A stretch of 64,000 bases of DNA from Chiloscyllium plagiosum (lineage: Eukaryota): assembly GCF_004010195.1 (NCBI RefSeq), contig NC_057718.1, forward strand, positions 98,717,794 through 98,781,793. Direction: 5' to 3'. Positions 52,543 through 64,000 of the stretch are shown piece after piece. Every line of letters begins with the position of its first letter. The stretch's first letter is position 1. Made by a program: the position numbers and the translations under genes. A model generated the notes under the pieces. The model saw only the letters and a list, made by a program, of their open reading frames with translations, ran no database searches and was not told where the DNA came from.

Positions 52543-54760
52543 AAGACCATAAAACCTCAGTACAGAAGTAGGCCATACATCCCATCAAGTCTGCTGCATC
52601 ATTCAATGAGATCATGACTGATCTTCAACTCCAATATGCTGCTTTTCCCTATACCCTTGATTCCCTTGTTGATTAAAAATCTACCTATTCTCAGCCTTGA
52701 ATGTATGTAATGGTCCAGCCTTGACAACTCTATGTGGTAAGAATTCCACAGATTCACTATTTTCTGAGACTATAAATGCCTCTTCGTCTCTACCTTAACT
52801 GAGTGATCTCTTCGACTGAGATTGTACTATCTGGTCGAGACTCTACCATAATGGGAAACATCCTCTCAGCATCAACATTGTCAAGTCTCCGAAGAATCTT
52901 ATATGTTTCAATCTCCTAAACTCCAAATAGTGTGAACCCGACCGACTCAACATCTGTTGTAGAGTCATATCATAAGCACAGAAACAGACCCTTCGATCAA
53001 ACTAATCCATGCCGAAATTAATCCCAAACTAAACTAGTCCCACCTGCCTACTCCTGGCCAATATCTTTCAAACCTTTCCTATTTATGTACTTATCCAAAT
53101 GTATTTTAACTTTGAAATTGTACCCACATCCACCACTTCCTCAGGAAGTTCATTGGAAACGTTCTTTATTAAATCTATCACTCCGCTCATGTTAAAAATA
53201 TGCCCCCAGTCTTGAAACCTTCCATCCCATTCAGCCTAATAAACCTTCTCTGGACAGCGCCCAATGCTAGTATAAGAAATTCATCCATAATTAAACTATA
53301 AATTGGTCTTCTTCAATGCTTTGGCACATAATTAAAAGTGATGATGAAAATATTCCAAACAAACCCTCTCCATTTCTCCCCCCAAAAATCAGAATAGATA
53401 AAAACTTGAGTGATCAACTGAGCTTATTAAAAGACCTTTTGGCTTAATGACTCGATGATGCCTAACAATGGAATGGCTGCAAATTGAAAGTTGACTGTAT
53501 TGCGTCTAAGTTACTCCTTCAGGGCACGTTTTACGTTAGTCAATTCAAGACTGTGACTCTAATGAAATATAACATGTATCACAGCATGACCTTCTCACCT
53601 GGCCGATATTTGTACAAATAGCACTTTCTGGTACTGGGTTTCAATTTACTGTGTGAAGTTTTGGTTTCATTAGAAACTGCTGAAGTTAGAATTTTATCAT
53701 AGGTAGTTATAGAATTGCTGGAACTATATTTGAAAGATGTTTAATCAGGTTTTAGCTTTCAGATAGACACCCACTCAGTTTGCCAGTGAATCAGCTGATG
53801 TGGAACATATACAAGAGCATACGGGTGAGAATCAAGAGCAGACCATTTGGCCCCTTGCGGCCATTTGGTGAGATCATGGCTGATCTGCTTGTGGCCTCAA
53901 CTCCACTTTCTTGCCTAGAACTAGTATCCTTTCACTCCCGTGTAAATCAACAATCTATTGACATTTATCTTTAAAATATTCAACTACCTCGTCTCTGCCA
54001 CTTTTGCCTGGGGCAGAAAATTTCACACTCATTACCTCCTGAGACAAAACATTTCTGCTCAGCTTCATCTTAATTTGGAGACTTCTTATTTTTAAACAGT
54101 ACATAGTTCTATTCTCCCTCACAAAGGGAAACATCCTTTCAGCATCCACATTGTCAAGCCCTCTCAGGATCTTATATTAATTAATTGGATTATCTCTAAT
54201 TCTTTTAACTTTCAATGGATACAGACCCAATCTGTCTGGCCTTTCCTTCTAAGATAACTCCTACATCCCAAGAAGCTGTTGACTGAACCTTCTCTGAACT
54301 GCTTCTATTGCAGTCATACCCTTTGTTAAATAAGGAGACCAAAGCTGTACCCAGTCCTCTAGATATGCGTACAACAACATCATGCAAAACTTCTCTGCTT
54401 TTATGTATTGCACTCTTCTTGCAATGAACAACAACATTTCATTTGCTTTCCTATCCACTTGCTGCACTAACTAATTGTGATTCATGTATTAGGTAACCCA
54501 GATCTCATTGTACCTCAGAGTCCTGCAATCTCTATCCATTTAGATATTATGCAGTTTTTCTGTTTTTCCTGATAAGGTCAATAAGTTCACATTTTCCAGC
54601 ATTATAATACCTCTGCCAAATTTTTGTTGACTCATTTAATCATTCTGTATTTGTTTGCAGATTCCACATGTCCACATCACAACTTAGTCTCCTTTCTATC
54701 TTCAGGGCATTAACAAATTTAGTAACCATGCATTTGGTTCCTTCATCTGTATCATTGAAC
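52543..54760 (-). mobile_element. Cluster of decayed CR1 3' fragments (about 52543-53270 and 53830-54760)
   Basis: KANEMLLFIARR..VQLWSPYL..IEAVQRRF and CR1-type tails. Confidence 0.75.
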
Positions 54761-55125
54761 TTGGGATATTCATGACACTCTATCCTGAGAATTGGCACAA
54801 GCTTCATAATTATGTCCTTTATTTGTCTGAAGCAAGACAGAGGCCTTACTTTGGATGAGTTTATTTTGAAAGTGGTTAAATATATGCCAATGGCTTTTCT
54901 AAATGTATCTAAAGCTTTTCTGTTGATGTGAATGGATGCCCTGAACAGATGTTGGGAAATCTGTAGAAACTCATTTTAGCTCAATTGAAGATAAACTGTG
55001 AGTGTTTATTTAGATTATTTCAAACCATTAGCATGGTTTGAATTATGTGCTAAAGTATTGTATGAAACTGATCAATCAATAGTTATTATGAATTAATTAA
55101 TTTTGCTATTTTCTCTATGTTGTAA

Positions 55126-55338
55126 TCATAGAATCATTGAATCTCTACAGTATGGAAACAGGCCATTTGGCCCAAATCCACACTGACCCTCCAAAGAGTA
55201 TCCCACCCAGACCTATTCCCCTACCCTATTACATTACATTTATCCCTGACTAACGCAGCTAATCTATACAACCCTGAACACAATAGGCAATTTAGCATGG
55301 CCAATCCACCTAACCTGCACATCTTTGGACTGTGGGGG
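55126..55338 (-). mobile_element. HE1-like SINE, 3' part
   Basis: Tail and body match; the head is missing. Confidence 0.82.
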
Positions 55339-58300
55339 TAATACATAATGATTTCACAGCATATGTAATTTTGATCAAAGACTTATTTTTTATTTCTCTC
55401 ATTTTAAGCACAAATTTTGCCATGTTTATTTTTAAAATTTGCTCCAGAGATAAGAACATTGATAGCAAAGCCGGCACTTATTTCTATCCTTAATTTGTCT
55501 TGAATTCAGCCATCTCAGAGGACTGTTAACAGGTTTCCATGAACCTTGAGTTACATTTGGCCAGACTGGGTAAAGACAATGGATTTCCTCCCCTGGTGGG
55601 CATTAATGAACCAGATTGTTTTTCTTTCCCCAAAACAATCCACTAATTTTATCATAATTATTAATGAGACTAGCGTGTTATTCCAAATGCATTAACTGAA
55701 TTTAAATGCGCTCATACATGGTGGGATTTGAACCTTTGTTGGCATAGCATTGATCTGGCCCTCTGAAGAACTAATTCACTAAAATTACAACTTTGTTGCT
55801 GTCCTTTCTTATGCTAGCTATAAAACCAGGGCTTAAATTAGCTGGAAGACAAAAGTTAGAATGATACTTAAGTAGTGATAATTTTTCTTTGTATTTTCAT
55901 CACTTTATTTGGAACAAAAGATTTAGTTCTTACTCAGTGCTACAAATAACTCTATGGTTGTCACCAGCAGCGTTAGTAATGTTCTCCATAGGTTCACTGT
56001 CCTTGCATTGAAGTAGGAAACTTGAGTCACTAACTTGAAGAGGTGACTTTCTAATAGCATTGCTATAAATGAGTGAATTAAAAAACAGAACAGGACCTTG
56101 TCCTCATTACTGGGGTGAAAGGAATTGACTGGACTAATAGACCCACATATTGAATGCACAGAAATAAAAGCTAAAGAGCAGGAACTGAGGAAATATGTTT
56201 TGTTTGTTCATAGGATGGGAGCATTGTGAGCTGGGCCAGAGTTTACTGTCTGTCCCTAGTTGCCCTTGAGAAGGTGGTGGTGAGCTGCCTTTGTGACCCG
56301 CCGCAGTTCATATACTGGGGATAGACCCACAATGCCATTAGGGAGGAAATTCCAGGATTTTGACCCAATGACGGTGAAGAAATGGCAATATATTTCCAAG
56401 TCAGGACAATGTATGGCTTGGAGGGGAACTTACAGCTGGTGGTGTTGCCATGTATCAGCTGCCCTTGTCTTTCTGGATGGTATTAGTATAGGTTTGGAAG
56501 GTGCTGTCAAAGGAACCTTGGTGGGCTATTGCAGTGCATCTTGAGAAGGTACAGACTGTGCCTCCATTTGTTGGTGGTTGAGGGAGTGAATGCAAAAGAT
56601 GTTTAGATGGTGCCCCAAAACAAACAATTATCTCCTGGATGCTGTTGAGTTTCCTGGGTGAGTTTGGAGCTGTAATCATACATCAAGTGGGGAGCATTCC
56701 ATCACAATCTTGACTTCTGTCTTATAGATTATTGTCAACATCCCATTTGGCTTCCTAAGAGATAATCTTAAAGGTGGTGGGAAATGCACCATTGATTAAC
56801 ATTTATTGGTCAAAAATATTCTGTAAGTATCTGTTGAAAACAAGTTATCAACAATGCTATATTGTAAAGTGACTACACTGGCAGGCCTTTGCAGTGAGTT
56901 TGGTAAGGTTCTGTTTATAAAGGTTCCTTGCTAAAATCCCTGTGTTTTTTTAATACCAAGCCAAATGACTGCTCAAAGACAAGAAAGCCTGAGAAATTGA
57001 CAGCAAGTTGAAAATGAAATGTATGGTGCCTTCTGCCCAGGGCACAGTCTCCAAGGGATGTCATATTGTTTGTTTTTGCACAAGCTGTGACTGTCCTCAT
57101 GATGCCAAAGTGCTCCATTCTATTAATATCCAGCCAGTGTGATGACTGGCAGCATACCATACAGGTCTGTGCCCATTTTCCTGGCAGCTGTCACATTGCT
57201 TTTGTATTGGATCAATCATCCATCCGAGACACCATGCCTCTGCAGAGCAAGACGAAGTTTTCCTGCTTGGAGATAAAATGCTACTGCTCTCCTAGCGCGG
57301 GGTCCCTGTTGGATCCCAGTCAACTTGAACGTTGGAACCCACAAATGACCGTTATCCAATTTGGGACATACCTGGTGCTTACTTCAGCTCAGAAAGAGCC
57401 TTCTATTTGCCAGGTGCTATAGAACTGGGACAACATACAGAATCACTATTGGATAACAATCTTCAGCGTGACATGTAAAGGAGGTTAATGATATACAGTA
57501 CAGTTTGAGCACAGGTAAGAGGTGGTTCAACTGCTTATGGAGGTTAGTTTTTTAACTGACAGTTCCATACTCCCCATATTAGCAATTAAAAGGAGATGAC
57601 TAAATGTACAAACTATTAAAGGTTCATACACATATCAAAAAAAGGAAATTCAAATGAAATACTCTTTTAAGAGTGCAAATAGGCAAAATGTATGCTACTG
57701 TTTATAAAGGTAGCTTCTGGAGTAATGCACTTTGTTTTGCGCCAAAGAACCCATGAAAGGATATGTTGGTCTTACAGTCATAAAGTCAAACAGCATGAAA
57801 ACAGACCCTTCAGTCCAACTTGTCGATGCCAACCAAGTTTCTCAAACTTCACTAGTCCCACTTGCCTGTATTTGGCCTACATTCCTCTAAACGTTTTCTA
57901 TTTGTGAATCTGTCCAAATGTGTTTTAGATGTTGTAACTGTGCCTACATCCACCACATCCTCTGGCAATTCATTCCACACATGAACTGCACTCTATGTGA
58001 AACAATTGTCCCTCAGGCCCCTTTTAAATCTTTCTCCACTCACTTTAAAAGTATACCCTCTTTGGACTCATCCACTCCAGGGAAAGACCTTTGCTATTTA
58101 CCTTATCCATGCCCCTCACAATTTTATAAAAGTCTATAAGGTCACCCCTCAATCTCCTACGCTTCAGTGAAAAAAGTCCCAGTTTATTCTGGCCTCTCCC
58201 AAAATCTCAAACCTTCCATGCCTGGCAACACCCTGGTAAATCTTTTCTGAACCCTCTCCATTTTGATAATATCCTGCCAATAGCGGGGTGACCAGAACTG

Positions 58301-58501
58301 CTCTCAATACTCCAAAGGAGCCTCATTAACGTCCTGGGAAATCTCAACATGACGTCCCAACTCCTATACTCAAGGGTCTAAGCAATGAAGGCAAATGTGC
58401 TAAATGCCTTTTTAGTCACCCTGTCTACCTGTGACACCACTTTCAAAGAACTTTGTCATTGAACCCTAGTTCTCCCTAGTGTTCGACAACACTACCCTGG
58501 G

Positions 58502-58703
58502 GAGAAAGTGAGGTCTGCAGATGCTGGAGATCAGAGCTGAAAATGTGTTGCTGGAAAAGCGCAGCGGGTCAGGCAGCATCCAGGGAACAGGAGAATCGAC
58601 GTTTCGGGCATAAGCCCTTCTTCAGGAGCTTATGCCCGAAACGTCGATTCTCCTGTTCCCTGGATGCTGCCTGACCTGCTGCGCTGTTCCAGCAACACAT
58701 TTT
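58502..58703. mobile_element. Head-to-head PLE-derived element with 15-bp TSD, inserted in CR1
   Basis: CAACACTACCCTGGG at 58487 and 58704; intact minus-strand hammerhead core at 58598-58625. Confidence 0.92.
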
Positions 58704-58740
58704 CAACACTACCCTGGGCCCTACCATTAACTGTATAAAC

Positions 58741-58832
58741 AGATTAGAGTGGTGCTCGAAAAGCACAGCAGGTCAGACAGCATCCGAGGAGCAGGAAAAT
58801 CGACATTTCGGGCAAAAGCCTTTCATCAGGAA
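58741..58832 (-). mobile_element. Hammerhead-headed PLE-derived element, short 3' form
   Basis: Core at 58802-58829: CUGAUGA-A-AGGC-UUUU-GCCC-GAAA-UG-UC. Confidence 0.82.
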
Positions 58833-60014
58833 CACCTACCCTTATTCACTTTACCAAAGTGCAATACCCTGCATTCACCCAAATTAGAATCTATCTACCA
58901 CTCTTCATCCCATTGTCCCAATTGATCAAGGTCCCTTTGTAATCTTCGACAGCCTTCTTCACTATATTTCTTCCAATTTTCATGTCATTTGCAAACTTAC
59001 CAATGATGCCTCCTAATTTCTCATCCAAATCATTTATATAAATGACAAACCTCAGTGAACCCAACACTAATCCCTTCGGAACATTGCTAGTCACAGGGGT
59101 CCAGTCCGAAAAACAACCTTTCACCACCACCTTCTGTCTCCTACAGACATTTTCTATCCAAATGACAAGGTTTCCCTGAACCCCGTGTAATCCAACTTTA
59201 CTAATCAGTCTACAATGCAGAACCTTCTCAAAGGCTTTACTAAAGTCCATGGAGACAATGTCTACTGCTTTGCCCTCATCAATGTTTTTCGTTATGTCCT
59301 CAAAAAACTTAATCAAGTTTGTGAGACATGATTTCCCATGCACAAGGTCATGCTGAGTATCCCTAATCAGTCTGTGTCTCTTCAAATGCATGTAAATCCT
59401 ATCTCTCAGCATCCCCTCCAACAGTCTATCCATCACCAATGTCACGCTCAGAGGTCTATAGTTCTCAGACTTCTCCTATGGCCTTTCTTAAATAAAGGCA
59501 CCACATTAGCCACCCTCCAGTTCTCCAGCACCTCATCCATGACTGTGGATTATGCAAATATTTCTGCTAGGGGTCGGCAACATCTTCCCTAACTTCTTAC
59601 ACACTGGGATACACCTGATCAAATGCTGGACATTTATTCACTTTTATGTTTTTTAACATCTTCAGTACTTCCTTTTCTGTAATGTGGACTGTTTTCAAGA
59701 CATCAATATTTATTTCCTTGTTCCCTTGATTCTTTCTCTGCAATAAAAAATGTCGCAAAATATTTGTGTAGTATCTTTGCCATCTCCTTGTTTCCACACA
59801 TAGACAATCTCATTGATCTTTAAGGGGCCCTATTCTCTCCCTAGTTGCTCTCTTGCTCTTAATGTACTTGTAGCATTTCTTCAGATTATCCTTCACCTTC
59901 TCTGCCAAGGATATCACATATTCCCTTTTCATCTTCTGATTTCCCTCTTAAGAATGCCCCTACACCCTATACTCTTCAAGAGATTCACTTCATCCCAGTT
60001 GTCTATATGTAAAA

Positions 60015-60141
60015 CAGAGGAACCTTAATTATCCAAACGTCGATTATCTGAATTTTGGATTATTCGCACATGATGCTTGGCTAAACTGTGTTAGCTGGCA
60101 TTCAATTATCAGAACATTTGGTTATCCGAACAAAATACCCG
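60015..60141. mobile_element. Possible pogo/Tigger-like DNA transposon end fragment
   Basis: CAGAGGAACCTTAATTATCC terminus with repeated ATTATCnGAA sub-terminal motifs, interrupting CR1. Confidence 0.45.
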
Positions 60142-61342
60142 TGTCGTTCTTCTGTGTATGACTCCCTCATATTCTTGACCAGAGCCTCAATATTTTTACT
60201 CATCCATTGTACCCTACTCTTACCAACCTTACCCTTCACTCTAACAGGAACATAATGCTTCTGAACTCTCACTTTCAAAAGCCTTCCAGTCGTCCCTTTA
60301 CCCGTGAACAGTCTACTCCAATCAACTCTTGAAGGTTTCTGTCTTTGACATAGCACAGCACAGATTCACTAGAATAATCCAAGCATTAATTTGTAAACAT
60401 AAGTTGCATAGTTGTGTTTTATATTCCCTTAAAGTTGATACAATCAAAGAGGTTACAATGGTAAAGTACTTTGATGTAGTGGAATCAGAGAAACTAAAAG
60501 AACCCGGGGTCTCATCTCAAAATTTGACTCAGGACATATGAAAGTGATTTCAACAAGTATTTTGACATTATGTACAGTGGAAATTTGAAACTCTCTCCTC
60601 TCCAAAAGGCTGGATCGATTGAAATTTTTAAGACTGAAATCAATAGATTTTTGTTAGTTGCAGGTGCGAGGGCGGGTAAATGAAATTAAGGTTCAGAACA
60701 GACATGATCTATTTAAATGGCAGAATAAGATCAATGGCTTTTAATACTCTGACTCTATTGTTTATTTTGTCATTCCTCATTCACAGTTGTTTTGCCTAAA
60801 TTAAGGACTAACCTTGAACTGAATTCTGTTGTGTTGTAAGTCTGTGGAGTGGTGTTAGGCTACAGATTACTCAGAGAGTCTGAGATACTGGGGACAGTCA
60901 TACCTGCATGTTGTACTCTATAGAGGGTACAACTTTCTTTTGTGTCATTTGGCTGAACAGGAATCTCTCCCACTCTTATTGGTATTGTCTCACAATCTGT
61001 GAGCTTCCTATAACTGTCCCAACTTACCAAAATTTCCTTCTTATTTTTATTAAATCACAGCAGGGAGGTTTGTTGGGAGATTTTATCTTCCTGGTACTTG
61101 GAAGTTGCACATTTTTGATGGGATGATGCATCAGTTGTTGTACTGCCATATCTTGGCTTAGTTAGTTTGATCTTCTTCGAAACAGTGAGTTCAACATCAG
61201 CAAATCTACTTAGCACCTTGAGCAGTCTCTGCATAAAGTCTACATTGTTGTTAAACTCCCATTGGGAAAAATCCCTACTCTTATACTCTTCCCACCTTGT
61301 TTCATGATGTGGTCTTAGAGCCAGAACTTTAAGACACAAACC

Positions 61343-62230
61343 AAACAACAAAGAACACAACAGTACAGCACAGGAACAGGACCTTCAACCAACCAAGACT
61401 ACACTGACACATGATGCCTTTTGAAACTAAATTCCTTTTGCCTCAACATGGTCCATATCCCTCTGTTCCTGCCTGCTCATATATCTGTCAAGATGCGTCC
61501 TAAACATTCACTTCCACCACCTCCTATGGCAGCGCATTCCAGGCACTTACCACCCGCTGTGTAAAAAACTTTTAAAAACCCATCTCCTTTAAACTTGCCC
61601 CTTTTTACCTTAAACCTATGTCTCCAAGCAACTGTCATTTCTACCCTGGGAGAAAGACTCTGACTATCCATTCTATCCACACCTCTTATAATTTTGTAAA
61701 CTTCTATCAGGTCCCACCCGTCATCCTTTGACTTTCGAGTGAAAACATACCAACTTTGTCCAATCTTTCCACAGAGCCAACACTCTCTAAACCAGGGAAC
61801 ATCTTGGTATACAGTTTCTGAACCACTCCAAATCTTCCATATCCTTCTTGTAACGCGATTACCAGAACTGTACACAATATTCCACATACGGCCTAACCAA
61901 ATTTCTATACAGCTACAACATGACTAGCCAATTTTTGTATTCCATGTCTTGACCAATGAAGGCAAGCATGTTAGATGCCTTCTTGACCACATTATCCATT
62001 TGTGTTGCCACTTTCAGGGAACTGTGGACCTGTATGCCTAGATCCCTCTCTATGTTAATCCTATTAAGTTTTCTATCATTTATTGTCTACATCCCTCCTG
62101 TATTCAATCTTCGATATCACCTCACAGTTGTCCGGATTAAATTCCATCTGCCATTTCTCTGCCTAAATTTCCAGCATATCTAAATCCTGCTGTATCCACT
62201 GGCAATCCTCCTCACTATCTGCAGCTATTG
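61343..62230 (-). mobile_element. CR1 LINE 3' fragment
   Basis: DLIEVYKIIRGVDRMD..RHRFKVK. Confidence 0.85.
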
Positions 62231-62251
62231 TCAACTGGTCTGTCTTCTCCC

Positions 62252-63299
62252 AACTAGAACTAGAATTAGAATTAGCTTTATTGTCACGTACTCACATGGG
62301 TACAGTGAAAGTTTAAAAGTCGCCACTTACAATGCCATTTTAAGTACAAAGGTACCTAGATACAAAGTCTTAAGTATAAATTCTTCAGGGGAAAAGTAAT
62401 TTAGAAAAGTAAAGAAATAAAAAGTCCAGCATTTCTGATCATAGGATTTATTAGGAAAATAAAGAAATAAAAAGTTCTGAATAACAGTCCTTCCAAATCA
62501 GTCCACGGCAGCACCTGGCCTTTAGTCTGCACTGGGTCTTGATTCTGGACCATATCAGGCCTCACCTTGAGGTTCTTGAGGCTTACAGACAGCTCTGGAA
62601 TCATATCAATAGACAATAGACAATTGGTGCAGGAGTAGGCCATTCGGCCCTTCGGGTCAGCATCACCATTCATTCTGATCATGGCTGATCATCCACAATC
62701 AGTATCCTGTTCCTGCCTTTACCTCAGAATCCTTGATTCCACTATCTTTAAGAGCTCTATCCATCTCTTTTTTGAAAGTAACCAGAGACTTGACCTCCAC
62801 TGCCTTCTGGGGCAGAGCATTCCATATATCCACCACTCTCTGGGTGAAGAAGTTTCTCCTCAACTCGGTTCGCAAGGCCGGAAGCCGACGCTGAGACCAT
62901 GCCAAGATGAAAGACTGCCACATCAGGCTGAGAGACCACCACGACAGACTGGGAGGCAGCTACAACAGACCAGGAGACAGCCGCTCCTGGCCGGCAAACA
63001 GCCACACCGGTCCGGGAGACAGCCACACGGGGTGAGAAACATCCATGACAGGTCGAGAGATGGCCAAGACAGACTGGAGACAGCTACGCCAGGTTGGGAG
63101 AGCGCCACACCGAGCCGAGAGACTGCCAGGTTGGGTCTCCACTGAAACTGAGAGTCCGAGTCTGCGCTGAAGCCTGGCATTCAGGACATCGCCAAGAAGA
63201 AAGAAGGGATAAAAACCACAAAAGAGAAATAAAAGGAAAAGAAGTGGATGGAGCGGATGAGTTCCGGCTTAGGAATCCAATATCACTGCCATCTTGGAT
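62252..63299 (-). mobile_element. Non-coding LINE-derived element with an internal 21-bp minisatellite; young CR1 tail inserted at about 62602-62871
   Basis: Minus strand starts with AAGATGGC and ends TGACAATAAAGC(TAATTC)n; related to 37672-38160. Confidence 0.6.
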
Positions 63300-64000
63300 A
63301 CTCAATGTCTTACAACAACTGGCTGGTGACCTATGTATAGCAGATATGTAGTTGCTGCTTGATTTAGTTAACTAAATGAAGTTTATCAATGAAACAAAAT
63401 GTTCAAATTCCGTATTATGTACCTACTGAATTCCCATTCTTACCAAATTCCAGCTTAAGTTCTAACTCTCACTCTGTTTCCAACTCACTCTGTTAAGTGA
63501 TGTGCTCTTGAAGCAATAAATGGTATAGGTAATAGCTCCAACTAGACTGGGCAGTACAGTTGTTCAGTCCTCTAAGGGATTTTACTAACATTGAGGAGCA
63601 GTGTAGCAATTTCTAAATTTGTATTTTCACTGGATTCTGATTCCTAGGATTGGAATACTGTGCCATGACAAACCTACAGGTAACATGCAAAAGATCAGCA
63701 ACATAAAGCATTTCCATAACATTAAGAATGAATTGCCACATTTATAGTTGACACAATAGTTAAATATTCAAATCTTTGCAGGTAACAATGTTTTGATGAT
63801 AAATTCATGTTGCATAAATTTGTTTTTACTTGAAATTAAATTTTCTTAGACTCAAAAGAAACATTTTAGATCATTTCTGACCTTCTCATACAAATATTAA
63901 GCTAGTTCTGAAGTGTTACAAGTGTTCCTTTAATGTTATCGAACAATACAGTGTGCCTAACACTTATTCTCCAAAGCCGTCCCTTGTGATTACAGATGAA

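Larger units (their letters stand above)
57776..60345 (-). mobile_element. Long CR1 ORF2 fragment with nested insertions
   Basis: GKSCLTNLIKFFE..DFSKAFEKV..FVIYINDLD..GKFANDMK (degenerate RT domain). Confidence 0.92.

Noticed and set aside
62681..63351. Cluster of overlapping ORFs up to 154 aa
   Set aside because: Explained by a CR1 tail plus a stop-poor 21-bp minisatellite.

Overview
Eukaryotic, repeat-dominated genomic DNA from a cartilaginous fish. The SINEs resemble the shark HE1 family; a bamboo-shark-like genome is an inference. Most of the window is transposon debris: a 5'-complete but disabled L1 (1-2356, minus), a gapped Penelope-like element (PLE, 5084-6935), many CR1 LINE fragments, about ten tRNA-derived SINEs, a probable solo LTR and Harbinger remnants. 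The only host-gene signal is a plus-strand promoter with a non-coding first exon at about 26440-26781 (AP-1, TATA, CRE, GT donor). It is followed by three tandem REST/NRSF (RE1) sites, most consistent with the 5' end of the neuronal gene SNAP25; no coding exon was recognised. The most interesting signal is a family of about 100-215 bp PLE-derived elements that begin with a minimal hammerhead-ribozyme core (CUGANGA-A-GGGC-loop-GCCC-GAAA-CG-UC). They occur as monomers and as head-to-head fold-back dimers inside single target-site duplications (TSDs). Older PLE families carry decayed cores with a covarying stem II. All calls were made by eye; no searches were run.
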